This document shows positions 17,901-26,408 of a stretch of 37,347 nt of DNA, in pieces (positions within the stretch are counted from its first letter, which is position 1; every line of letters starts with the position of its first letter). The stretch covers positions 1 through 37,347 of the forward strand of contig JBDRCV010000002.1 in NCBI GenBank assembly GCA_043821385.1. The letters run 5' to 3'. The position numbers were made by a program, and so were the translations under genes. The notes below the pieces were generated by a model. That model did no database searches. It saw nothing but the letters and a program-made list of their open reading frames with translations, and was not told the origin of the DNA. This stretch comes from an archaeon. GTDB taxonomy: Archaea; Iainarchaeota; Iainarchaeia; Iainarchaeales; JBDRCV01.

Positions 17901-18334
17901 TTCGATCCCTCAATACTTTGCTTTAAATGCTTTTTTCCACGATAATAACCACCGGTAACTTTACTGTATGCTTTCCTGTAAGCATCTTTTTTTACTGCTC
18001 CATCCTTTCTTAATTCTTTTAAAACTTTTCTTTGAGCTCTGACTTTTTTCATCCAAGCCTTTTTCTTTTTTGACCTGGTCTTAAAAGTACCGCTTCTTTT
18101 TCCTAAACCTTTCTTTAAGCCTTTTTGCTTTTTTTTCCTTAACACTTTGGCTCTAGCCTTGCTTTGTCCAGTGTTTCTTTTCTTTTTAATGATTCTTTCT
18201 GCAACTAAAGCTCTTACATCTTCTTTTGTAATGCATTCAGTAATCTTTTCTTTTTGACTGGAGTCAAACCAGACTTTTTCTTTGCCAACTCCTAAAACTT
18301 CTTTTGCTAGTCTTCTAATCTTTTTTAATTCCAC
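17897..18334 (-). CDS. rpl19e: 50S ribosomal protein L19e (eL19)
   Basis: RRLAKEVLGVGKEKVWFD with a basic C-terminus; GTG start. Confidence 0.9.
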   Translation of the reverse strand: MELKKIRRLAKEVLGVGKEKVWFDSSQKEKITECITKEDVRALVAERIIKKKRNTGQSKARAKVLRKKKQKGLKKGLGKRSGTFKTRSKKKKAWMKKVRAQRKVLKELRKDGAVKKDAYRKAYSKVTGGYYRGKKHLKQSIEGSK

Positions 18335-18346
18335 TAAAATACACCT

Positions 18347-19066
18347 TTATTTAATATTCACAATATAAATGTTTTTTTCTCTTGCTTTTTCAATTATTTC
18401 AATTCTTTTCTTTCTTCCAAGTTTACCGCTTAACCTTACAGCTTGATTTTCTTTAACTTTATCCAAGTCATTTTTCTTTAAAACCATTATTTCTTTTAAG
18501 CCTGAAGGATGCAAAAAACGAATCTTTTTTGAAGTCCTGAAACCATTTTTTGGAATTGCTCCGTCATCATTCAGAAAACGAATGTCAATTCCCCTTGGCT
18601 TTCTCCACCTGTCCCATTTGTCGTTGCTTTTCCTTCTAATGTCTCGTTGTCCAAATCTTCCCCTAAACACTGGGTGGCTTTTCTTTTGAATTAACTTTAC
18701 AAGCTTTTTGACGTCAATGCTTTTTGAAATCTTTATTGGTTTTGGTTTAACATAAACTTTCTTCTTTTTAACTTCTTTCTTCTCTTTGGTTTCCTTTTTC
18801 TCGCCTTTTTCTTCCTTTTTTTCTTCTTTCTTTTCTTTTCCTTCCGCTTTTTTTTCTGTTTTCTTTTCCTCTTTAACTTCTTTCTTTACTTCTTTTACTT
18901 CCTTTAACTCTTGTTTTTCTTTTATTGGTTCTGCTTTAACTACTTTAATTTCTTGCTTTTCTTCTTTTTTTGCCGCAGGCTTTTCTTTTACTTTTTCTTC
19001 TTTTTTCACTGGCTTAATGATTTCTGTGTCAGCTGAAATTTTTTTCTCTAATTCTTTTTCACTCAT
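18347..19066 (-). CDS. rpl32e: 50S ribosomal protein L32e (eL32) with ~100-aa K/E-rich N-terminal extension
   Basis: Core FRGRFGQRDIRRKSNDKWDRWRKPRGID. AAGGTG Shine-Dalgarno 5 nt upstream of the ATG at 19066. Confidence 0.9.
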   Translation of the reverse strand: MSEKELEKKISADTEIIKPVKKEEKVKEKPAAKKEEKQEIKVVKAEPIKEKQELKEVKEVKKEVKEEKKTEKKAEGKEKKEEKKEEKGEKKETKEKKEVKKKKVYVKPKPIKISKSIDVKKLVKLIQKKSHPVFRGRFGQRDIRRKSNDKWDRWRKPRGIDIRFLNDDGAIPKNGFRTSKKIRFLHPSGLKEIMVLKKNDLDKVKENQAVRLSGKLGRKKRIEIIEKAREKNIYIVNIK

Positions 19067-19075
19067 CTTTACACC

Positions 19076-19618
19076 TTAAAGTTTTTTTCCTGCCTTGCTA
19101 GTAATATAAACTCCATCCTGATAAACTCTAATATCTCTGCCCCTGATTTTTGTCGCGTTTTCAATGTTTGCTGCTGTTTGCGATACTTCTTCTTTATCAA
19201 AACCTTTAACAGTAACTTTTTTTCCTTTCACTTCCACGCTTGTCTTGCCTCTGATTAATGCAATTCTTGGCTTTTTTTCACCACAAAAATTGTTTATTAT
19301 TATTTCTTTGTCTTTCACGCTCACGTTCATTGGAAAATGAGAGAAAACTATTTCTAATTCATAAGTATAACCTTCAGTTACTCCAGTAATCATGTTTTGA
19401 ATGTGACTTTCAATGGTTTTTCCAATTGACTGAACTCTCTTGCCTTTCCCCTTCAAACTAATTAAAATTGAGTGGTTTTCCTGTTGTAATTCAATTCCTT
19501 CAACTCTAATGTTTTTGGAAATCTTTTTATCCCCTAAACTTAACTCTATCTCATGCCCTGAAACCTTTAACCCAAGGTTTTCTGGAATTGTAACTTTTTT
19601 TGTATAAATTTCAATCAT
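19076..19618 (-). CDS. rpl6: 50S ribosomal protein L6 (uL6)
   Basis: 180 aa in the conserved slot between S8 and L32e; IRGRDIRVYQDGVYI C-terminus. Confidence 0.9.
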   Translation of the reverse strand: MIEIYTKKVTIPENLGLKVSGHEIELSLGDKKISKNIRVEGIELQQENHSILISLKGKGKRVQSIGKTIESHIQNMITGVTEGYTYELEIVFSHFPMNVSVKDKEIIINNFCGEKKPRIALIRGKTSVEVKGKKVTVKGFDKEEVSQTAANIENATKIRGRDIRVYQDGVYITSKAGKKL

Positions 19619-19628
19619 TTTTACACCA

Positions 19629-20021
19629 TTAATAAATTAAAGCAATTAATCTTCCGCCAACTTCTTTTTGTTTTGCTTCTTTATGCGTAATAACTCCTTT
19701 TGAAGTGCTTACAATTATCATTCCAATGTCTCTTGCCGGCAAGTAACGTTTCTCGTATTTTTCAAACTCGGTTTTTTTTACTGCGTGCCTTGGTTTTATT
19801 GCCTTGCATTCGTTGATTTTTCCAAGCAAGCTTACTTTTATCATTCCTTCCCTGCCATCGTCAATAAATTCAAATTTTCCAATATACTTCTTTTCCTGTA
19901 ATACTTTCAGTATTCTGCTTAACAGTTTGTTGACTGGGCGAATAATGCATTCTTTTTTTGAAGCCATTTCATGGTTCTTAATGTTTATTAGGGCGTCAGC
20001 CACAGGGTCAATTAAAGTCAT
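19629..20021 (-). CDS. rps8: 30S ribosomal protein S8 (uS8)
   Basis: DPVADALINIKNHE N-terminus and GGRLIALIY C-terminus. Confidence 0.9.
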   Translation of the reverse strand: MTLIDPVADALINIKNHEMASKKECIIRPVNKLLSRILKVLQEKKYIGKFEFIDDGREGMIKVSLLGKINECKAIKPRHAVKKTEFEKYEKRYLPARDIGMIIVSTSKGVITHKEAKQKEVGGRLIALIY

Positions 20022-20037
20022 TTTTTCATTCCTCCAG

Positions 20038-20187
20038 TCAGTCTAGTTTCTCAAAACCAATCCTTTCAGCATTTGCTTTAAAGCATTTCCTGCACATGTT
20101 AATGTCATATTTTTTGATAAAGCCTTTATCGTTACCGCAAACACTACAGGCTTTAGCTCTGCGTCTTTTATTTATGGTTTCACTCAC
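20038..20187 (-). CDS. rps14: 30S ribosomal protein S14 type Z (uS14), 49 aa, missing from the supplied ORF track
   Basis: Hand translation: (GTG)SETINKRRRAKACSVCGNDKGFIKKYDINMCRKCFKANAERIGFEKLD-stop. CxxC...CxxC zinc ribbon. The GTG start overlaps the L5 TGA stop (GTGA at 20184-20187). Confidence 0.9.
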   Translation of the reverse strand: MSETINKRRRAKACSVCGNDKGFIKKYDINMCRKCFKANAERIGFEKLD

Positions 20188-20690
20188 TGCACTTCAACTC
20201 CAAACTTTTCTTTCATAAATGCAATTGCGTCATCTTTTGAAACTCTTTGTTTTACTCCGACTTTGCTTTTCAAAATTTTTCTTCTTTTAATTCTATGCCC
20301 TTTTCTTTCAAGGTTTACTATAACATCAAATCCTTTAATTCCAAGTTTTGGGTCATATTTTACTCCAGGCAATTCAATGTATTCTTCCACTCCAAAACCA
20401 AAGTTTCCTTCCTTTGAAAAACAACGTGCTTTCAAAATATTGTCTTTAGCTTTCAATGCTTTCTTCAAAAAATCTTCTGCTATACTTTTTCTTAAAGTCA
20501 CTTTAGTTCCAATCGCCAAACCAGGTCTAATCTTCCAAGTTGGCTGTTTTACTGTACAAACCGTTTGAATTGGAGTCCTGCCAGTCAACAACTTTAAAAT
20601 ACTGACTGCTTTATTCAGTTCTTCACCGCTTTCTCCGACACCAATGTTTAGTGTCACTTTCTCAATTCTAACGTCTTTAATTGAACTCAT
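20184..20690 (-). CDS. rpl5: 50S ribosomal protein L5 (uL5)
   Basis: RIEKVTLNIGVGESGE and GFGVEEYIELPGVKYDP. Confidence 0.9.
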   Translation of the reverse strand: MSSIKDVRIEKVTLNIGVGESGEELNKAVSILKLLTGRTPIQTVCTVKQPTWKIRPGLAIGTKVTLRKSIAEDFLKKALKAKDNILKARCFSKEGNFGFGVEEYIELPGVKYDPKLGIKGFDVIVNLERKGHRIKRRKILKSKVGVKQRVSKDDAIAFMKEKFGVEVQ

Positions 20691-21415
20691 TCAATCCCTT
20701 CAATTACTGGCTTGTCTTTTCCAATAACAAACACTTTTTCTTTAACTGTTGAAAACTCTTTTTTTCCTTCTTTTAAACTAACCAGTGATTTCTTCATTAA
20801 GGTTCCAGGAATAACTTTAGTTATTACTGCAATGGTTCCAGCGTGAGTTCCACCAGTAATAAACGCTGTATTTCCTTTTTTTAACTCCATATTTTCAATC
20901 ACTTTTTGTTCTGGCACACTAATTTTTATAGTACTGCCAACTACAAAATTGTCTTTTGTTATAATTGTCCTGCCGTCGTTTGTTGTTAAAGCAAAATCCT
21001 TTACTGAATTCTTTTTCTTTTTAGTAATCTTGCACAATTTTTCTTTAGCGTCTTTTCCTTCAACTTTCTTTAAAGTAATTCTTGACTTGTTGTCAATTAA
21101 AACCCTGTAAAACTCTTTTTTTGGTATGACTTGAATTATGTCAAACAATCCAATCGGAAAATTGGTTTTTTTTACTGTCACACCATTAACTGTCACAAAA
21201 CCCTGATGCAGTATTCTCTTGATTTCTTTAAGGTTTTTTGCAAAACCAAGAAATTCCCTTAAAGCAATTCCAATCGGGATTGAAGTCTTTTTACTGTGAG
21301 CTCCTTTGCCTGTTTTAATTACCCAGACTTTTCCTTTTCTTCCAACCTTTAAAACCTTTCTTGCACTCAAGGTTTTCTGGCTTTTAGTTTCACCTTTATT
21401 TGCCACTTTCACCAC
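20687..21415 (-). CDS. rps4e: 30S ribosomal protein S4e (eS4)
   Basis: 242 aa with S4-like and KOW-like regions in the conserved slot between L24 and L5. GTG start; the exact start is uncertain. Confidence 0.85.
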   Translation of the reverse strand: MVKVANKGETKSQKTLSARKVLKVGRKGKVWVIKTGKGAHSKKTSIPIGIALREFLGFAKNLKEIKRILHQGFVTVNGVTVKKTNFPIGLFDIIQVIPKKEFYRVLIDNKSRITLKKVEGKDAKEKLCKITKKKKNSVKDFALTTNDGRTIITKDNFVVGSTIKISVPEQKVIENMELKKGNTAFITGGTHAGTIAVITKVIPGTLMKKSLVSLKEGKKEFSTVKEKVFVIGKDKPVIEGIE

Positions 21416-21839
21416 TATCCTTTTTTTCTTCTTTCTCTTCTATCTTTTCTTTTTTTTCAACAACTTTCTCTGTTTTTGTTTTTTTAGTTATCTTTAATCT
21501 CTTAAACCTTTTATCATCGTCTCTGTTCAATTCTAAAATCATTAAATTACTTGCATTAAATGGAATCAACACTTCACTGCCGTCAGATTTTTTTCTGTTA
21601 ATTGCTTCCAAGAAAACTCTTTTTTTCTTAAATGAAACTCTTGTAACTTTAGTTCTTTTTTTCTTAAACTTTCCTCTTAAAATTCTCACGGTATCACCTT
21701 TCCTTATTGGAAGGCTTCTTTTGTTTAATTCTTTTCTTAATTCTTTTGATAAGTGTGCTGACAATAGCTTGTGAGTTTCATGCATTTTTGCATCAAACAA
21801 TCTTTTTCTTTGCTTTCTTGGTTTCTTGCTTTTATTCAT
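21396..21839 (-). CDS. rpl24: 50S ribosomal protein L24 (uL24) with K/E-rich C-terminal tail
   Basis: LSAHLSKELRKE...IRKGDTVRILRGKFK KOW motif. Confidence 0.9.
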   Translation of the reverse strand: MNKSKKPRKQRKRLFDAKMHETHKLLSAHLSKELRKELNKRSLPIRKGDTVRILRGKFKKKRTKVTRVSFKKKRVFLEAINRKKSDGSEVLIPFNASNLMILELNRDDDKRFKRLKITKKTKTEKVVEKKEKIEEKEEKKDSGESGK

Positions 21840-21848
21840 TTTTTCACC

Positions 21849-22247
21849 TTAAACAACCATTGACGCAATTCCGGCAACCTTTGGCCACCTTTCACCAACT
21901 TCTTTTGCAATACAACCTTTAATTTCTGAACCTTTTGGTAACCCTTTATCATCAGTTAAAACAACTGCATTATCTTCAAACTTTATTCTTACTCCGTTAG
22001 CTCTCCTGAACTCTTTTTTGGTTCTGACTACAACTGCTTTCTCAATCTTTTTCCTCATTTCAGGTTTTCCTTCTTTTACAACAACTATTAATAAGCTAGC
22101 TATTCCTGCTTTCGGGTTCATTCTTTTCTTTCCTTTAAATCCTTTAACACTAATGATTTCTACTAATTTTGCTCCACTGTTATCCGTGCAAAAACACCTG
22201 GTTCCAAGTGTTAGTCCTTTCGTTGCATTTGAACTAATTGCTCTCAA
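21849..22247 (-). CDS. rpl14: 50S ribosomal protein L14 (uL14)
   Basis: CTDNSGAK motif. TTG start 14 nt inside the end of rps17. Confidence 0.9.
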   Translation of the reverse strand: MRAISSNATKGLTLGTRCFCTDNSGAKLVEIISVKGFKGKKRMNPKAGIASLLIVVVKEGKPEMRKKIEKAVVVRTKKEFRRANGVRIKFEDNAVVLTDDKGLPKGSEIKGCIAKEVGERWPKVAGIASMVV

Positions 22248-22524
22248 CCTTTAACACCACAAAACTTTTTGTTTTACTAATTTTTCTTGTTTCCCCAAAA
22301 GTAACTTTGTCTCCCACTTTTGCCTTCATACATTCAGGCAAGTGAACTGACATTTTTGACCTTACTTTCTTGTAACGCTCATATTTTGGGACTTTTCGAG
22401 TAATTTTTCTTTCAATAATAACTGTTTTTGATGGTTTGTTGCTTACAACAATTCCAGTAAAAACGTTTCCTCTGACTTTAAGGCTCCCGTGAACTGAACA
22501 CTTTTTGTCATTACATTCTGCCAT
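22234..22524 (-). CDS. rps17: 30S ribosomal protein S17 (uS17)
   Basis: Start moved to the ATG at 22524 (MAECNDKKCSVHGSLKVRG). GGTGGAGG Shine-Dalgarno 8 nt upstream. The longer ORF to 22608 would run through rnp1. Confidence 0.9.
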   Translation of the reverse strand: MAECNDKKCSVHGSLKVRGNVFTGIVVSNKPSKTVIIERKITRKVPKYERYKKVRSKMSVHLPECMKAKVGDKVTFGETRKISKTKSFVVLKVESN

Positions 22525-22816
22525 AATATTTCCTCCACCATTGTTTGGTTCTTGCTTCTGGTTTGCATTCCAATAATTTTCCTTCAACTTCAATAATTTT
22601 TTTTCCAATAATAAACTTTAATGTTACTTCCTTTTTAGGAATTTTTTTTAATCCTTTAATGGTTTCAACTGTAATCGTGTTCTTGGTTTCCTCTTTAATT
22701 ACTCCTTTTATTCCTTGCTTGTTTTCATCACTTGATTTTTTGACTTCAACTCTTAAACCAATTATTTCTTGTCCTAAAATATTTTTTTCATCTACTTCAA
22801 AGGTCGATTTGTTCAT
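22511..22816 (-). CDS. rnp1: RNase P protein component 1 (Rpp29/Pop4)
   Basis: GQEIIGLRVEVKKSSDENKQGIKGVIKEETKNTITVE pattern. Conserved slot between SUI1 and S17. Confidence 0.85.
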   Translation of the reverse strand: MNKSTFEVDEKNILGQEIIGLRVEVKKSSDENKQGIKGVIKEETKNTITVETIKGLKKIPKKEVTLKFIIGKKIIEVEGKLLECKPEARTKQWWRKYYGRM

Positions 22817-23096
22817 TCCGGTAACCTTCTTTTAACAATACTGCTTTAGCTTTTTTTGCCTGTTCTCCCTGTAATTCTATTTCATTGTTTTTTACTGTGC
22901 CACCGCAAGCAAGTTTTTTCTTTAACAATCCACCCAAACGCTTTGCTTCATCCTTGCTTAACCCCTGCAGTAAAGTAATTTTTTTCCCAAACCGTCTTCT
23001 CACGACTTTTACTTTTATTTTCTGCATTTCTTTACTGATTTCACCGCAAACGCAAAGGCTTTTAGGCAAACCACACTTATTACATACATCTTCCAT
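22797..23096 (-). CDS. translation initiation factor SUI1 (aIF1)
   Basis: CGLPKSLCVCGE zinc knuckle, RRFGKKITLLQGL and LACGGTVKNNEIELQG. Confidence 0.85.
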   Translation of the reverse strand: MEDVCNKCGLPKSLCVCGEISKEMQKIKVKVVRRRFGKKITLLQGLSKDEAKRLGGLLKKKLACGGTVKNNEIELQGEQAKKAKAVLLKEGYRNEQIDL

Positions 23097-23306
23097 TTAC
23101 TTTTTTCCTCCAGAATTTCTTTCTTTAATAATAGTTAAAGTTCTAGCAATACTTTTCCTGGTTTTATTGATTTTTCCAGGGCTCTCATTTTTTGTTCCGC
23201 TGGCATTCAATGCCTTGCTTCTAGCTAACTCGGTTTTCAGTTCAATGACTTTTGCCTCTAACTCCTGCAACCCTAATTCCCTGTATTTTTTCACTTCTTT
23301 AGTCAT
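23097..23306 (-). CDS. rpl29: 50S ribosomal protein L29 (uL29)
   Basis: 69 aa, LQELEAKVIELKTELARSK coiled pattern. AAGGTG Shine-Dalgarno. Confidence 0.9.
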   Translation of the reverse strand: MTKEVKKYRELGLQELEAKVIELKTELARSKALNASGTKNESPGKINKTRKSIARTLTIIKERNSGGKK

Positions 23307-23318
23307 TTTCCTAACACC

Positions 23319-24347
23319 TTAATTGTTTTCCTTTAATTCTTCAACTTTTTCTTTAACTTTAACCCCAGTAATCTTTTCAACTATTTTCTCAACTTTCTCT
23401 GTTTTCTCTTTTTTTTCTTCTTTATTTTCTGTTTGCTTTTCAACTTTTTTTTCAGGTAATACAGCAGCCTTTTCCTTTACCTTTTCAGTTTTATTTTCTT
23501 TGGATTTTTCTGCTGGTTTCTCTTCTGCTTTCTCTTCTTTTTTTACAACTGGCTTTTCTTTTACTTTTTCTTCCTTTTTCTCTTCTTTAACATTTTCTTT
23601 TGGCTTTTCTTTAATTTCTTTAACTTCTATAACTTTTTCTTTTTTTTCTTTCACTATCTCTTCCTTTTTCTTTGTTTTCTCTGCAGGTTTCTCTACTGGT
23701 TTTTCTTTTCCTTCTGTTTCTGCAGGTTTTTCTTTTTCTTCTTTGCTTTTTAATAGAATTTCTTTACCTATTTTGTCTGGAAACACTGTGTCTGGGTGAA
23801 CTAAACTTACCTTTATGCCAATTGTTCCAAACTTTAAGTATGCTGTATCTTTTGCTTTGTCAACTAGTTTTGTTTGTTGTCCTGCTTTTTTCATATAACC
23901 TTGAACTAGCCTTTGTTTTCTTTTTCTTTGCCCTTTGCCTGCAAGGTTTCCTGCTAAAAATATTTCAGCTCCTAATGCTCCAGCTTTTTCTATTTGCTGC
24001 ATTGTCCTGTAAGCAACACTTCTCCAAGGGTGGCCTCTTTCCATTGAACTTTTCATTTCGTTTACGATTGCTGCAGCATTCAAGTAAATGTTTGTTATTT
24101 CTTTTATTTCCAGTTGAGGGTTTTCAATCCCAAACTTTTCTTCCATATCTTTTGTCAGAGCCCTAATGTTTTGGCCTTTTTTTCCTATTGCCAGTCCTGG
24201 TTTGGTTGTACTAACAATAATTCTGGTAACTAACGGAGTTTTCACTACTTCAGCTTTAGTAAAACCAGCTTTACTTAATTCTTTTTTCAAGTAATGCTCT
24301 AATTTTACTCTTTTAATTCCTTCTAAAACAAACTTTTTTTCAATCAT
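23319..24347 (-). CDS. rps3: 30S ribosomal protein S3 (uS3) with ~145-aa K/E-rich C-terminal extension
   Basis: KH-domain core (LAIGKKGQNIRALT). From about residue 198 the sequence is low-complexity KEKPxEK repeats running to the stop. Confidence 0.9.
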   Translation of the reverse strand: MIEKKFVLEGIKRVKLEHYLKKELSKAGFTKAEVVKTPLVTRIIVSTTKPGLAIGKKGQNIRALTKDMEEKFGIENPQLEIKEITNIYLNAAAIVNEMKSSMERGHPWRSVAYRTMQQIEKAGALGAEIFLAGNLAGKGQRKRKQRLVQGYMKKAGQQTKLVDKAKDTAYLKFGTIGIKVSLVHPDTVFPDKIGKEILLKSKEEKEKPAETEGKEKPVEKPAEKTKKKEEIVKEKKEKVIEVKEIKEKPKENVKEEKKEEKVKEKPVVKKEEKAEEKPAEKSKENKTEKVKEKAAVLPEKKVEKQTENKEEKKEKTEKVEKIVEKITGVKVKEKVEELKENN

Positions 24348-24348
24348 T

Positions 24349-24819
24349 TTAATCCTCTTTAACTATTACTTCAATATGAGTTGATTTCTTGTGGCGTGGT
24401 TTTCCTGAAATTCGTCCTTGTGCCTGGTGTCCTTGTTTTCTAAATCCTTGATTGGCTTGAGCATGAATTATTTTAAGGCTTTTTTCATCTAACCCCTTGT
24501 AGTCAGCGTTTGATTTTACTGCTTCCAATAATTTCATAAAAGTCTCACTTGCTTTAAGCGGAAACCTTCCAGTTTTAGTCCCGCTTTTACTGTCACCTTT
24601 CCTGTGAGCAACTTTACCAACATATCTTTTTAATGGCAGGAAATCTTTTTTCTCTTTAACTCTTCCAAGAAATGCTACTGCTTTGTCAACGTTTTTTCCT
24701 CTAATTTCCCTGCAAATTTCTGCAGAGTACTTAAAAGAAATTGGCTGATTGCTTGCCCTTGCTCTGGCAATCTTTTTTTCTTTTTCATCTCCTTGAAAAG
24801 AGTAATTTCTTTTAGCCAT
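24349..24819 (-). CDS. rpl22: 50S ribosomal protein L22 (uL22)
   Basis: ARASNQPISFKYSAEICREIRGK...HIEVIV. Confidence 0.9.
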   Translation of the reverse strand: MAKRNYSFQGDEKEKKIARARASNQPISFKYSAEICREIRGKNVDKAVAFLGRVKEKKDFLPLKRYVGKVAHRKGDSKSGTKTGRFPLKASETFMKLLEAVKSNADYKGLDEKSLKIIHAQANQGFRKQGHQAQGRISGKPRHKKSTHIEVIVKED

Positions 24820-24823
24820 TATT

Positions 24824-25237
24824 TTAACCTCTAGACTTTATTGCAGTACTAGACTTTGTTGCACCAATTCCTGCTTTACCGTGCTTTACTCTAGTTCTAG
24901 TTAAACTTAAATTTCCAAGTCTTTCTCCAACCATTTCAGGAATCATTTCTCTTTGAACAAATTCTTTTCCATTATAAATTCCAATTTTAATTCCAATCAT
25001 TTCCGGAATTACTACTACTTCTCTTCGGTGAGTTTTAACTGGCTTTGGAAAAGTTCCACTTTTTAAAACTTCTTTTGCTTTTGAAACTTTTATGAAAAAC
25101 TTTTTCCATTCCTCGTTTTTTATTCCTCTTAATAAACTTCTTTTAGTTCTGCTAGGCAATAATAACGCAAATTCCTCTAAACTCATTGCCTGTAATTCAT
25201 TCAAGGTTTTTCCTTTGAAAGTAAACTCTTTAGCCAT
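24824..25237 (-). CDS. rps19: 30S ribosomal protein S19 (uS19)
   Basis: VVIPEMIGIKIGIYNGKEF...HGKAG. Confidence 0.9.
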   Translation of the reverse strand: MAKEFTFKGKTLNELQAMSLEEFALLLPSRTKRSLLRGIKNEEWKKFFIKVSKAKEVLKSGTFPKPVKTHRREVVVIPEMIGIKIGIYNGKEFVQREMIPEMVGERLGNLSLTRTRVKHGKAGIGATKSSTAIKSRG

Positions 25238-25247
25238 TCAACTCCAC

Positions 25248-25973
25248 CTACTTTTTCTTCCTGCCAGTTCTTCTTGAAGCAATATTTCCAACCATTCTTC
25301 CAGGCGGACTGCCTCTGGCAGTTGACTTTGATTTTCCAGCGTGATGTGCTCCGCCACCAAACGGGTGGTCAACCGGATTCATTGCTACTCCTCTAACACT
25401 AGGGTAAGGTTTTCCTTTTGCTTTCATTGCATGATGCTTGTTTCCTGCTTTAATAAAAGGTTTTTCTACTCTTCCAGAACCAGCAGCATTACCAATTGTT
25501 GCCCTGCAATCCAGGTTAAAACCAATAAGCTTGTTTGAAGGCAGTTTAATCATTGCTTTCTTGTCTTTAGTTACAAGCAACCCATAACTTCCCGAAGTTT
25601 TAACTAGTTTTCCTCCATCGCCTGGAACTTTTTCAATATTAAAGACTGGACAACCTTCAGCTATTTCATTTAATGGTAAAACGTTTCCAATAGCCATTTT
25701 AGCTTTCTTTCCAAACTCTACTCCTTGATTTAAATGCATGCCTTCAGCTGCAACCAAAAAAACTTCTTTTCCTTCAACATCGTCAAACAATACTCTTGCA
25801 GTAACACCTGACCTGATTGGGTCATTAATAAATTCAACTAACTGGCCTTTAGCCACTTCATTTTTTTGTTTTTCACTGTAACTAGGGTAACGGACTTCAA
25901 CTTTAGAGTTAAGTGTAGCCTTATATTTAGGGCTTCCTTTTCCTCTCTTCTGGCTTTTCAATCGTCTGCCCAT
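25248..25973 (-). CDS. rpl2: 50S ribosomal protein L2 (uL2)
   Basis: VRGVAMNPVDHPFGGG signature. Confidence 0.95.
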   Translation of the reverse strand: MGRRLKSQKRGKGSPKYKATLNSKVEVRYPSYSEKQKNEVAKGQLVEFINDPIRSGVTARVLFDDVEGKEVFLVAAEGMHLNQGVEFGKKAKMAIGNVLPLNEIAEGCPVFNIEKVPGDGGKLVKTSGSYGLLVTKDKKAMIKLPSNKLIGFNLDCRATIGNAAGSGRVEKPFIKAGNKHHAMKAKGKPYPSVRGVAMNPVDHPFGGGAHHAGKSKSTARGSPPGRMVGNIASRRTGRKKK

Positions 25974-25984
25974 TTTTAGTTCAC

Positions 25985-26404
25985 CTAAATTACTCCTAAC
26001 TTTGTTGCAATCTCGTCAGCTCTAAACGCTTTATTTATTCTGACTACTGCTTTCTTTCTGGTTTTCCTGTCTCTTAAAACATTTACTTTGTCAACTTTAA
26101 CTTTATACATTTTTTCTACAGCGTTTTTCACGTCAGCCTTGTTTGCTTTACCATTAATTACAAAAGTTAAAGAATTCAATTTCTCTATCGCGTTAACTGC
26201 TTTCTCTGTAATCAAAGGATATAATATAACTTCAAACTCTTTTAAACCATTAACACTTTCAAACGGTTTTACAACAATAACAGGCTTTACTTCTTTTGGT
26301 TTTCTTAAACCTTTAAGCAAACCCTTTTTCTCAGTTTTTACTTTAAGCTTTTTCTTGGCTTCCTTTATTGCCTCTTTCTTTACTTCTTTTTTCTTTTCAG
26401 CCAT
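25985..26404 (-). CDS. rpl23: 50S ribosomal protein L23 (uL23) with ~55-aa K-rich N-terminal extension
   Basis: Core ILYPLITEKAVNAIEKLNSLTFVI begins near residue 60. Confidence 0.9.
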   Translation of the reverse strand: MAEKKKEVKKEAIKEAKKKLKVKTEKKGLLKGLRKPKEVKPVIVVKPFESVNGLKEFEVILYPLITEKAVNAIEKLNSLTFVINGKANKADVKNAVEKMYKVKVDKVNVLRDRKTRKKAVVRINKAFRADEIATKLGVI

Positions 26405-26408
26405 TCAA

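Noticed and set aside
22525-22608. Longer rps17 start at 22608
   Set aside because: It would overlap rnp1 by 98 nt. The ATG at 22524 has a GGTGGAGG Shine-Dalgarno 8 nt upstream and begins at the conserved uS17 zinc-knuckle N-terminus.
18740-23760. Periodic short repeats in the K/E-coding tracts (L32e and S3 tails) considered as possible CRISPR or tandem-repeat arrays
   Set aside because: The periodicity is codon-level (AAR/GAR repeats) inside intact reading frames. There are no conserved 25-40-nt direct repeats separated by unique spacers.
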